From positions 1 through 39,691 of the forward strand of contig PXSD01000072.1 in NCBI GenBank assembly GCA_003023165.1: a DNA stretch of 39,691 nt. Direction: 5' to 3'. The stretch is from Halobacteriales archaeon QS_9_67_15. Its GTDB lineage: Archaea; Halobacteriota; Halobacteria; Halobacteriales; Haloarculaceae. The first letter of the stretch is position 1, and the number at the start of each line of letters is the position of its first letter. A program made the translations under genes and the position numbers. The notes beneath the pieces are model-generated. The model was not told the origin of the DNA and did no database searches. It worked only from the letters and a program-made list of their open reading frames with translations. Below, piece by piece: positions 29,709-38,606 of the stretch.

Positions 29709-30136
29709 CCTCTCGACCGCGGCTGGCGACCGACGTCAACTACGTCAACGGGCTCGCCGCGCTGGCCCTGTTCGTCGTCATGGCCTACGTGTTCATGACG
29801 AGCGACGTCTCGGCCCCCGCCGGGTTCGCCGACGGCAGCATCGTTGCCAGCATCGGATACGCGATGTTCGACATGCTCGACCAGGGTGCGATCGAGGCCG
29901 AGGGCTTCCTGGTCGCGTTCATCGTCATCGCGCTCGTGCTCGACGCGGCGCTCGACGGCGCGGTCATGCTCGCTCGCCGCGAAGACGACGAGCAGTCCGT
30001 AACTGCGCTGGCCGACGGTGGTTTCCTGAGTCGTACGAAGGAAACCTCGTCAGAGCGTCGCTCTGACGGTGATTCCCTGCTCGGTCGCAACGACGGCGAG
30101 GACGCCGGTTCCAGCGACGACGGAGGTGACGACTGA
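29705..30136 (+). CDS. nuoJ2: Complex I-like subunit J2
   Basis: EGFLVAFIVIALVLDAALDGAVMLARRE. Start overlaps the J1 stop (ATGA). Confidence 0.88.
   Translation: MTSRPRLATDVNYVNGLAALALFVVMAYVFMTSDVSAPAGFADGSIVASIGYAMFDMLDQGAIEAEGFLVAFIVIALVLDAALDGAVMLARREDDEQSVTALADGGFLSRTKETSSERRSDGDSLLGRNDGEDAGSSDDGGDD
30040..30076 (+). repeat. Palindromic element in-frame in the NuoJ2 tail (ETSSERRSDG)
   Basis: Perfect hairpin cgtcagagc-gtc-gctctgacg at 30048-30068 with an imperfect outer stem. Confidence 0.55.
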
Positions 30137-30441
30137 TGGCGATCGAGAGTCAGTACTACCTCCTGTTGTCGGCGGCGATATTCTGTATCGGCGTCTACGG
30201 CATCCTCACGCGCCAGAACGCGCTCCTGTTCCTGATGTCCGTCGAGTTGATGCTCAACGCGGCGAACATCAATCTCGTCGCGTTCTCGTTCTACCACGGG
30301 AACCTCACGGGACAGGTCTTCTCGCTGTTCACGATGGCGCTGGCGGCCGCCGAGGTGGCGGTCGGGATCGGTATCGTGCTCGTGCTGTATCGCAATTTCG
30401 AGGACATCGACGTCACGAAGGCCGCAACGATGAGGTGGTAA
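30136..30441 (+). CDS. nuoK: Complex I-like subunit K
   Basis: LMSVELMLNAANIN, AAAEVAVGIGI. Confidence 0.95.
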   Translation: MAIESQYYLLLSAAIFCIGVYGILTRQNALLFLMSVELMLNAANINLVAFSFYHGNLTGQVFSLFTMALAAAEVAVGIGIVLVLYRNFEDIDVTKAATMRW

Positions 30442-30442
30442 G

Positions 30443-32536
30443 ATGGCAGGTGCATTCGACTTCGTTCCCGCGATCGCAGCGCTCCCGCTCCTGGCGTTCG
30501 TCATCGCCCTGTTCGCCGGGCAGTACATGCCCAAGCGCGGTGCGGAGGCCGGCATCGCCGCGACGGCCGGCTCCCTGATCCTCTCGATATGGACCGCGCT
30601 GACCGTCGCCGGGATGACGGGCTCCGAGACGTTCTACAACGAGAACCTCTACACCTGGGTCGCCGGCGTCGCCGACAGCGCCGTGACGCTCCGCCTCGGC
30701 GTGCTCGTCGACCCGCTGACGGCGCTCATGCTCGTCATCGTCTCGCTCATCGCCCTGCTCGTCCACGTCTTCTCGCTGGGCTACATGAACGACGAGGGCG
30801 AGACCGGTCTGCCCCGCTACTACGCCGGGCTCGGCCTGTTCACGGCGAGCATGCTCGCGTTCGTCTTCTCGAACAACATCCTGATGGCGTTCATGTTCTT
30901 CGAGCTGGTCGGGCTCTGCTCGTACCTGCTCATCGGTTTCTGGTTCCGCGAGGACGGCCCGCCGTCGGCCGCGAAGAAGGCGTTCCTCGTCACCCGCTTC
31001 GGTGACTACTTCTTCCTCATCGGCGTGGTCGGCATCTTCGCCACGTTCGGCACGGGCCTGTTCGCGCCCGTCGAGGCCGCCTCGGGCACGATGGAGAGCT
31101 TCCCACACATGGCCGAGATGGCCATCGAGGAGAGCGAGACCTTCTTCGGCTACGGGGCCCAGACGTGGATGACCATCCTCGGGCTGCTCGTGCTGGGCGG
31201 CGTCGTCGGTAAGTCCGCACAGTTCCCGCTGCACACGTGGCTCCCCGACGCGATGGAGGGTCCGACCCCCGTCTCAGCGCTCATCCACGCGGCGACGATG
31301 GTCGCGGCCGGCGTCTACCTCGTCGCCCGGATGTACGGCTTCTACGCCCTCTCGCCGCAGGCGCTCGCGGTCATCGCGCTCATCGGCGGGTTCACCGCCC
31401 TGTTCGCGGCGACGATGGGCGTCGTCAAGCAGGAACTCAAGCAGGTGCTCGCGTACTCCACTATCTCTCAGTACGGCTACATGATGCTCGCGCTGGGCGC
31501 AGGTGGCTACGTCGCCGCGGTCTTCCACCTGACCACGCACGCTATCTTCAAGGCGCTCCTGTTCCTGGGTGCCGGGTCGGTCATCATCGCAATGCACCAC
31601 AACGAGAACATGTGGGACATGGGCGGGCTGAAGGACAAGATGCCCGTCACCTACTGGACGTTCCTCTCCGGGTCGCTCGCGCTCGCGGGTATCGTCCCGT
31701 TCGCCGGCTTCTGGTCGAAGGACGAGGTGCTGTTCGAGGCGCTCATCCACGGCGTCGGCACCGAGGGGACGCTCGGGGCGATGTTCCTGCTGGCGTACGC
31801 GATGGGGCTGCTGGCCGTGTTCTTCACGGGATTCTACACGTTCCGGATGGTCTACCTGACCTTCCACGGGAACGCACGCACCGACGTGGCGCGTGACCCC
31901 GAGCCGGTCCGCTGGAACGTCAAGGCACCGCTGGCGGTGCTCGGTATCGGTGCTGCGACCGTCGGGCTCGTCAACATGGCACCGGTCGAGAAGCTGACCG
32001 GCCTGCATATCGACTTCCTCCACCAGTGGCTCGACGGCCCCGAGGAGGGCGGCTGGCCGGACGCACTCTCGACGGACCTCCACCACTACGAGGAGCTACT
32101 GCACAACGTGCCCCACGTCGACCCGGCGTACCCGATCGGCGGGGAGCAGACGACGCTGATCGTGTCGGCGGCGCTCTCGCTGGGGCTGGCGCTGGGCGGC
32201 GTACTCCTCGCGCGCAGTCTCTACGGCGTGGACGAACCGGTCGAACACACGGACAAGCTGGGAGGCGCGAAGGCGCTGCTCACGCACAACTACTATCAGG
32301 ACGAGTCTCAGGTCTGGCTGGCACAGGGCGTGACGGTGCCGCTCGCACGAGCGGCGGACAAGTTCGACCAGGGCGTCGTCGACGGCGTCGTCAACGGCGT
32401 CAGTAGCGTGAGCCTCTTCACCGGCTCGCGCTTCCGACGCATCCAGTCGGGCGTCGTCTCAAACTACGCGGCGCTGATGACGCTCTCGCTCGTGTTGTTA
32501 CTGGTCGCCTTCGTCGTCCTGGGAGGTGTCGCCTGA
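30443..32536 (+). CDS. nuoL: Complex I-like antiporter subunit L
   Basis: FELVGLCSYLLIGFW, KSAQFPLHTWLPDAMEGPTPVSALIHAATMV, LAYSTISQYG. Confidence 0.96.
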   Translation: MAGAFDFVPAIAALPLLAFVIALFAGQYMPKRGAEAGIAATAGSLILSIWTALTVAGMTGSETFYNENLYTWVAGVADSAVTLRLGVLVDPLTALMLVIVSLIALLVHVFSLGYMNDEGETGLPRYYAGLGLFTASMLAFVFSNNILMAFMFFELVGLCSYLLIGFWFREDGPPSAAKKAFLVTRFGDYFFLIGVVGIFATFGTGLFAPVEAASGTMESFPHMAEMAIEESETFFGYGAQTWMTILGLLVLGGVVGKSAQFPLHTWLPDAMEGPTPVSALIHAATMVAAGVYLVARMYGFYALSPQALAVIALIGGFTALFAATMGVVKQELKQVLAYSTISQYGYMMLALGAGGYVAAVFHLTTHAIFKALLFLGAGSVIIAMHHNENMWDMGGLKDKMPVTYWTFLSGSLALAGIVPFAGFWSKDEVLFEALIHGVGTEGTLGAMFLLAYAMGLLAVFFTGFYTFRMVYLTFHGNARTDVARDPEPVRWNVKAPLAVLGIGAATVGLVNMAPVEKLTGLHIDFLHQWLDGPEEGGWPDALSTDLHHYEELLHNVPHVDPAYPIGGEQTTLIVSAALSLGLALGGVLLARSLYGVDEPVEHTDKLGGAKALLTHNYYQDESQVWLAQGVTVPLARAADKFDQGVVDGVVNGVSSVSLFTGSRFRRIQSGVVSNYAALMTLSLVLLLVAFVVLGGVA

Positions 32537-34083
32537 TGCCCATCGCAGGCCCCGTCGAGGCCCTGCTGGGCGTGACCCTCCTCGGCGCGTTCCTCGTCTT
32601 CCTCGCACCCGACGAGTACGCGGGCAAGCTCGCCACCGCGGTGAGCCTCGTCCCCGTCGCGGTCTCCGTCTGGATGTACTCCGTCTTCGACGGCGCGGGC
32701 AACGCGCTGCTGGGCGGGACGCTCGCCTTCGAATCCGACCTCGGGTGGGTCAGTCTCGGTCGCTACGACCTCGCCTGGCAGGTCGGGCTCGACGGGATCA
32801 GCATGCCGCTGCTCCTGCTCGCGACCGTGCTGACCACGCTCGCCTTGGTGAGTTCGTGGACGCCCATCGACGAGCGCGAGTCGCAGTTCTACGGGCTGAT
32901 GCTCCTGATGGAGGCCAGTCTCATCGGCGTGTTCACGGCGCTGGACTTCTTCCTCTGGCTGGTGTTCTGGGAGGCCGTGCTCATCCCGATGTACTTCCTC
33001 ATCGGCGTCTGGGGCGGCCCGCGCCGGAAGTACGCCGCCATCAAGTTCTTCGTCTACACGAACGTGGCGACGCTGGTCATGTTCGTGGGCTTCATGGCGC
33101 TCGTGTTCGGGCTCGGCGACTCCATCTCGACGTTCGGAATGGCCGAGATCGCTCAGGCGCTCCGCGAGGGCGGAAACCTCTCGACGCTGGCCGGGTTGGC
33201 GCCAGCCGACCTGCGACTGGTCGCGTTCACGCTCATGTTCGCCGGGTTCGCGGTGAAGGTGCCCGTCTTCCCGGTCCACACGTGGCTCCCCGACGCACAC
33301 GTCGAGGCGCCCACGCCGGTGTCGGTCATGCTGGCGGGCGTCCTCCTGAAGATGGGGACCTACGCGCTGTTGCGGTTCAACTTCACGATGCTCCGCGAGA
33401 CCGCCGAGGCCAACGCGGGCATTATCGTCGCCTTCGGCGTCCTGAGCGTCATCTACGGGGCGATGCTCGCGCTCGCACAGCAGGACCTCAAGCGCATCGT
33501 CGCCTACTCCTCCATCTCGTCGATGGGCTACGTCATCCTCGGACTGGTCGCGTTCACGCCCCACGGCTTCGGCGGCGCGACGTTCCAGATGATCGCCCAC
33601 GGCCTCATCTCGGGGCTGATGTTCATGACGGTCGGCGTCATCTACAACGAGACCCACACGCGGATGGTGGGTGACATCTCCGGTATCGCGGACCGGATGC
33701 CGTGGGCCGTCGGCATCTTCGTCGCCGCGGCGTTCGGGTACATGGGCCTGCCGTTCATGGCCGGCTTCGCCGCCGAGTACCTCATCTTCCAAGGCGCGTT
33801 CGCGTCGACGGTCATCCCCGCGGCGCCGCTGGTGACCGCGGTCGGGATGTTCGGTATCGTCGTCGTCGCGGGCTACCTGCTCTGGGCGATGCAGCGGACG
33901 CTGTTCGGCGAGTACAGCCTCGCGACCGACTACGACGTGTCGCGGGCACCCGTCCACGACGTCGCGCCGCTGGTCGTCCTGCTGGCGCTGGTCATCGTGC
34001 TCGGCGTCCGCCCGGGACTGGTGTACCGGATGATCCAAGACGCTGTTAACCCGCTGCTGCACGGAGGTGTCGTGCTATGGTAG
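32536..34083 (+). CDS. nuoM: Complex I-like antiporter subunit M
   Basis: FWEAVLIPMYFLIG, VKVPVFPVHTWLPDAHVEAPT, LLKMGTY. Confidence 0.96.
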   Translation: MPIAGPVEALLGVTLLGAFLVFLAPDEYAGKLATAVSLVPVAVSVWMYSVFDGAGNALLGGTLAFESDLGWVSLGRYDLAWQVGLDGISMPLLLLATVLTTLALVSSWTPIDERESQFYGLMLLMEASLIGVFTALDFFLWLVFWEAVLIPMYFLIGVWGGPRRKYAAIKFFVYTNVATLVMFVGFMALVFGLGDSISTFGMAEIAQALREGGNLSTLAGLAPADLRLVAFTLMFAGFAVKVPVFPVHTWLPDAHVEAPTPVSVMLAGVLLKMGTYALLRFNFTMLRETAEANAGIIVAFGVLSVIYGAMLALAQQDLKRIVAYSSISSMGYVILGLVAFTPHGFGGATFQMIAHGLISGLMFMTVGVIYNETHTRMVGDISGIADRMPWAVGIFVAAAFGYMGLPFMAGFAAEYLIFQGAFASTVIPAAPLVTAVGMFGIVVVAGYLLWAMQRTLFGEYSLATDYDVSRAPVHDVAPLVVLLALVIVLGVRPGLVYRMIQDAVNPLLHGGVVLW

Positions 34084-35606
34084 TCGACATCGCCGGCTAC
34101 CGGGTCGCCGACTGGGTCGCTATGACGCCGGCGCTCGTCCTCGGCCTGACGGCGATGGTCCTGTTCATCGTCGACAGCATCGAACCGCGGCCCGGGTCGA
34201 GTTCGAACGCCGTCCTCGCCGGGATATCGACGGTCGGCGCGCTCGGTGCGTTCCTGCTCGCCGGCACCTTCCTCGTGTTGGGGGTCGGCCAACCGCGCGG
34301 AACGGGCGCGGTCGACCTGTTCAACGGCCAGTTGGTCGTCGACGGGATGAGCCTGTTCTTCGTCGTCATCGTCGGGAGCGTGACGGCGCTCGTCATGCTC
34401 GCGAGCTACGACTACCTCGACGGCGAGAGCTACCAGGCCGAGTACTACGGGCTGGTCATCATGGCCGCGACGGGGATGGCCGTCATGTCCTCGGCCAACA
34501 GCCTGGCGACGGTGTTCGTCGCGCTCGAACTCTCCAGCCTGCCCTCGTACGCGCTCGTCGCGTTCGTCAAGGAAAACCGGGGCAGCGTCGAGGCCGGCCT
34601 GAAGTACTTCCTCGTCGGCGCGCTGTCGTCGTCCGTGCTGGTCTACGGGATCAGCCTCGTCTACGCCGCGAGCGGGAGTCTCCAGCTCAACGCCGTCGCC
34701 GAGGCGCTCTCGGGGTCGGTCGAGCTGGTCGGCGTCCTCGGCATCGGTATCATCATGGTTCTGCTCGGGGTCGCGTTCAAGACCGCGAGCGTCCCGTTTC
34801 ACTTCTGGGCACCGGAGGCCTACGAGGGCGCGCCCGCGCCCGTTTCGGCGTTCCTCTCGTCGGCCTCGAAGGCCGCCGGGTTCGTCGTCGCCTTCCGCGT
34901 GTTCCTCACCGCCTTCCCCGAGGTCGGCGGCCTCGGCGGCGGTGAGCCGGTCGTCGACTGGGTCACCGCCGTGACCGTGCTGGCCGTGGTCACGATGACC
35001 GTCGGCAACTTCGCCGCCGCGAACCAGGAGAAGGTCAAGCGCATGCTCGCCTACTCGTCGGTCGGCCACGCCGGCTACGTCCTCATCGGACTGGCCGCAC
35101 TGAACACGCCCGACCGAGGGCTGGTCCTCGGGGCGAGCATGATGCACCTGCTCGTCTACGGGTTCATGAACACCGGCGCGTTCCTGTTCATCGCGCTCAC
35201 CGACTACTGGGGCGTCGGCCGCACCTTCCAGGACTTCAACGGTCTCTCGGAGCAGGCACCGCTGGCCTGCGCCGCGATGACCGTCTTCCTGTTCAGCCTC
35301 GCGGGCCTGCCCATCGGCGGCGGCTTCATCTCGAAGCTCTACCTGCTACTTGGGACGGTCAACGCGGGCGCGTGGTTGCTGGCCGCCTCGCTCATCGTCA
35401 ACAGCGCTCTCTCGCTGTTCTACTACAGCCGGGTCGTCAAGGCGATGTGGATCGAGGACTCGGCCGGCGAGTTCGAGATCGACTCCTACCCGAGTTCGCT
35501 GTACGCCGCGGTCGTCATCGCGGCGTTCGTCACCTTCGCGCTGCTCCCGGCGTTCGGCCTCCTCTCGCCGAGCGCGTTCGACGCCGCGAGCGTCCTGTTC
35601 GGCTGA
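34077..35606 (+). CDS. nuoN: Complex I-like antiporter subunit N
   Basis: EAGLKYF, FKTASVPFHFWAPEAYEGAP, KRMLAYSSVGHAGY. Confidence 0.96.
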   Translation: MVVDIAGYRVADWVAMTPALVLGLTAMVLFIVDSIEPRPGSSSNAVLAGISTVGALGAFLLAGTFLVLGVGQPRGTGAVDLFNGQLVVDGMSLFFVVIVGSVTALVMLASYDYLDGESYQAEYYGLVIMAATGMAVMSSANSLATVFVALELSSLPSYALVAFVKENRGSVEAGLKYFLVGALSSSVLVYGISLVYAASGSLQLNAVAEALSGSVELVGVLGIGIIMVLLGVAFKTASVPFHFWAPEAYEGAPAPVSAFLSSASKAAGFVVAFRVFLTAFPEVGGLGGGEPVVDWVTAVTVLAVVTMTVGNFAAANQEKVKRMLAYSSVGHAGYVLIGLAALNTPDRGLVLGASMMHLLVYGFMNTGAFLFIALTDYWGVGRTFQDFNGLSEQAPLACAAMTVFLFSLAGLPIGGGFISKLYLLLGTVNAGAWLLAASLIVNSALSLFYYSRVVKAMWIEDSAGEFEIDSYPSSLYAAVVIAAFVTFALLPAFGLLSPSAFDAASVLFG

Positions 35607-35727
35607 CCGACGGTCGGTCTCTCGCAGTCCGTCGTTTCGTATAAACAACGGCCGCGAGCCGCGGCGCACAGCGGGCTGGCGGTCGATATCTCCAGCCGCG
35701 GTCCGGTCACTCGCGAACAGAGGGCTT

Positions 35728-36201
35728 CTACGCCGACTCGACGGCGTCGAGGACCTCGTCGTAGTCGGGTTCGTTGGTCGGGTCGTCGGCGACCCAGTCG
35801 TAGACGACCGTGCCCTCGTCGTCGACGACGAAGACGGCCCGATTGGCGATGCCGTGCAGGCCGAGGTCGGCGATGTCGGTCTCCAGCCCGTACTCGCGGA
35901 TCGCGTCGCCGCCCATGTCGCTGACGAGGTCGAACTCGATGCCGTGTTCCTCGCGGAACGAGCCCTGCGAGAACGGCGAGTCGGCGCTGATCCCGAAGAT
36001 AGTCGCGCCGGCGTCCTCGAAGTCGTCGAGGTGGTCCTGGAACGCGACCATTTCGCTGGTACACGGCGGGGTAAACGCGCCGGGGAAGAAGGCGAGGACG
36101 ACCGGGCCGTCGCCGACGTGGTCGGCCAGGTCGAAGTCCTCGTGGTCACTCGTGCCGAGCGTCGCCGTGAACGTGGGTGCGGAGTCACCTGTAGAAGCCA
36201 T
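35728..36201 (-). CDS. Peroxiredoxin (AhpC/TSA, Bcp-like, single Cys)
   Basis: FFPGAFTPPCTSEM (PxxxTxxC), GISADSPFS, NRAVFVVD. Confidence 0.92.
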   Translation of the reverse strand: MASTGDSAPTFTATLGTSDHEDFDLADHVGDGPVVLAFFPGAFTPPCTSEMVAFQDHLDDFEDAGATIFGISADSPFSQGSFREEHGIEFDLVSDMGGDAIREYGLETDIADLGLHGIANRAVFVVDDEGTVVYDWVADDPTNEPDYDEVLDAVESA

Positions 36202-36300
36202 CGCCGAGTCGTTGGACTGCGAACCGTATAAAAGACGTACCGAACGGGGCGAGCGGCGCTCGACGGGTCCGGGTGAACAGATCCTGGGGGCGCGGACGGA

Positions 36301-37716
36301 CTACCGCTCGACGAGCTCCATCTCCATCGTCTGCCGGGGGTGCATCGTCAGCGACGGCATGAGTTCCAGCGGCGCGTCGCCCTGGAAGTCGAGTTCGTAC
36401 TCGGAGACGACGGTGGCGACGATGAGCTTCGCCTCCAGCAGCGAGAGGTGTTTGCCGATGCAGTGGCGCGGCCCGCCGCCGAACGGGAAGAAGGCGAACC
36501 GCGGGCGGTCACTGCGGCGGTCGGGGCTGAACCGCTCGGGGTCGAACGTCTCAGGGTCGTCCCAGTAGCGCTCCGAGCGGTGGACGCCCCACTGGGGGAG
36601 CATGATGGTCGCCCCGCTCGGCACCTGATACCCGCCGAGTTCGACGGGTTCGGTCGGCTCTCTGAAGATGGTGAACACCGGCGGGTAGAGCCGCATCGCT
36701 TCGTTGATGACCCACTCCAGGTACTCGAACTCGCGGACGTGGTCCATCCCCGGTCGGTCGCCGCTGTGCGGCTTCGCCGCACTGCCCGAGGGACTCCGTC
36801 CCTCGCTGTCGAGCACCTCGTCGACCTCCTGCTGGACGCGGCGCTCGGCCTCGGGGTGCTCAGAGAGGAGGAACCACGTGTAGGTCAGCGTCAGCGCGGT
36901 CGTGTCGTGACCCGCCAGCAGCATCGTCATCATCTCGTCGCGGAGCTGCCAGGCCGACTGCTCGCCCCGGTTCTGCGCGCGCAGGAGCACCGAGAGGAAG
37001 TCCATCGGCGGACCGCCCTCGCCGCTGGCCTGACTGACCTGGTCGACGCCCTCGACGCCTTCGGTCCCCCGGCGCGTCTCGATGATCTCGTCGAGCACCG
37101 CGTCGAGATTGTCCACCGCGGCCTCGAACTCCTCGTCGCCGGGCATGGGGACCCACTCGGGCATCGCGAACCGGAGGGGGTCGGGCTCGAAGCGCCGACC
37201 GAGCGGTTCGAGCTGGTCCTGGACCGTCTGGACGCGCTCGTCGGAGAGTTCGACGCCCATCATCAGGTCGAGGATGACGTTCAGCGTCACGCGGGCCATC
37301 TCCGCCTCGGCGTTGATCGTCCGGCCGTCGGACCAGCCGTCGACCATCGACTCGGCGTGGCCGGTGACTCTGTCGGCCATCCCCATGAGCCGCGACATCT
37401 GGAAGGCGGGGTTGGCGAGCTCCCGCTGCTGTTGCCACGTGTCGCCTTCGCTCAGGAGGAGACCGTCGCCGAGGAGGTCCCCGAGCGCGTCGTTCTGAAA
37501 GTCCGGCTTGCGGAAGGTGTCTGCCTCGGAGACGAGGACGCGCTCGATGTCCGTCGGGTCGGTCACCATGTAGGTGTCCATCGGCCCCATGTCGAACAGC
37601 GCCACGTCGTCGTACGTCTCTTCCAGCGCCGAGATGAACGAGAACGGGTCGCGGGCGTACCGCCGACTGCTTCCGAACAGCGGTTCGCCTTTCGGTCCCG
37701 GCGGCGTCTCTGACAT
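36301..37716 (-). CDS. Cytochrome P450 (haloarchaeal CYP174-like)
   Basis: I-helix AGHDTT, EAMRLYPP (ExxR), FDPERF, heme motif FGGGPRHCIG. Confidence 0.95.
   Translation of the reverse strand: MSETPPGPKGEPLFGSSRRYARDPFSFISALEETYDDVALFDMGPMDTYMVTDPTDIERVLVSEADTFRKPDFQNDALGDLLGDGLLLSEGDTWQQQRELANPAFQMSRLMGMADRVTGHAESMVDGWSDGRTINAEAEMARVTLNVILDLMMGVELSDERVQTVQDQLEPLGRRFEPDPLRFAMPEWVPMPGDEEFEAAVDNLDAVLDEIIETRRGTEGVEGVDQVSQASGEGGPPMDFLSVLLRAQNRGEQSAWQLRDEMMTMLLAGHDTTALTLTYTWFLLSEHPEAERRVQQEVDEVLDSEGRSPSGSAAKPHSGDRPGMDHVREFEYLEWVINEAMRLYPPVFTIFREPTEPVELGGYQVPSGATIMLPQWGVHRSERYWDDPETFDPERFSPDRRSDRPRFAFFPFGGGPRHCIGKHLSLLEAKLIVATVVSEYELDFQGDAPLELMPSLTMHPRQTMEMELVER
36763..36807 (-). repeat. About 45-bp in-frame double-hairpin insertion in P450 (SEGRSPSGSAAKPHS)
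   Basis: Coding-strand perfect hairpins cgagggac-gga-gtccctcg and gtgcggc-gaa-gccgcac. acagcg is repeated at both ends. Confidence 0.75.
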
Positions 37717-37729
37717 ATCCAACGTTACG

Positions 37730-38600
37730 GTTGTACCGGTAAGAATGTCTCGACAGCTAAGGGGTTCGCGTCGATAGCGAATCGTCGAACTCTCCGTTGA
37801 ACGCCCAGTAGCCTGCTCTGTTGAATAGGGGTACGGCGACGGGATAGACCGTCACATCGGTAAGGATGAAGCTGAGGAAGGCAAATATGGCTGAAGTCGA
37901 ACTCCTCCACTTCCTGAAAGACTGTAAGCGGCTTCCCATACGAGCATTAGGGACCAACGCGGGCAAGCCCGCCGAAGGTGGACACGACGGATGGGCGAGG
38001 CATATGACCGCTGAAACCGACCACGAGGCCGCCGAGGACGAGGCTGAAAGTGAGCGCTAAGCGCCGTTGCGGCTAACTCCCAGTACCGGTCACTCGTCGC
38101 ATCACGATTCGGCATCTGAATCGTGAGCGATTTTCTCAGTCAGCAACAATGCTATTCTTAATTATTGGCTGTTCGTTACCCGGTCTTCGCGCTCGTTGCT
38201 TCTATTGATTGAAATCAGTCGATCGGCACTCATAACACTACGAGATTCACATGTTGACGGAGCCATACAGCTCTATCTTGGCAAAGAACACTGCACGCTA
38301 CACTTTTGTTGCTCGGCTCTGATGCTTGTACTGTGGCGGACGAGAAACCGACTCCCTCCCGGCAGCGCATCTCCTGGCTCTCAGTAGAGAGCGTCGTTTC
38401 GCTCTCGACACTGCTAGAGAGGCCGCTCCGCCGGAGTGATCGTGGGTTCATCTACGTTCTTTCAGTTATCACCTCGCGTTATCGTGGCCGGTAGCGACAG
38501 CTAACGATCCGCAGTTGCTCAGCTCGCTCGGAGCTCAACAGGCAACTAGTACTTGCTAGTTAGCTCGTTACCCGGGCCATCATACACAATAATATCCACG
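37730..38600. other. Lower-GC intergenic or degraded tract, likely border of an acquired region
   Basis: Visibly more A/T-rich than the preceding 37 kb, with only short ORFs lacking the halophile codon pattern. Confidence 0.5.
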
Positions 38601-38606
38601 ACACCC

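Noticed and set aside
37757-38494. Short ORFs in the low-GC tract, or IS remnants
   Set aside because: No transposase motifs, terminal repeats or convincing protein features were recognised.
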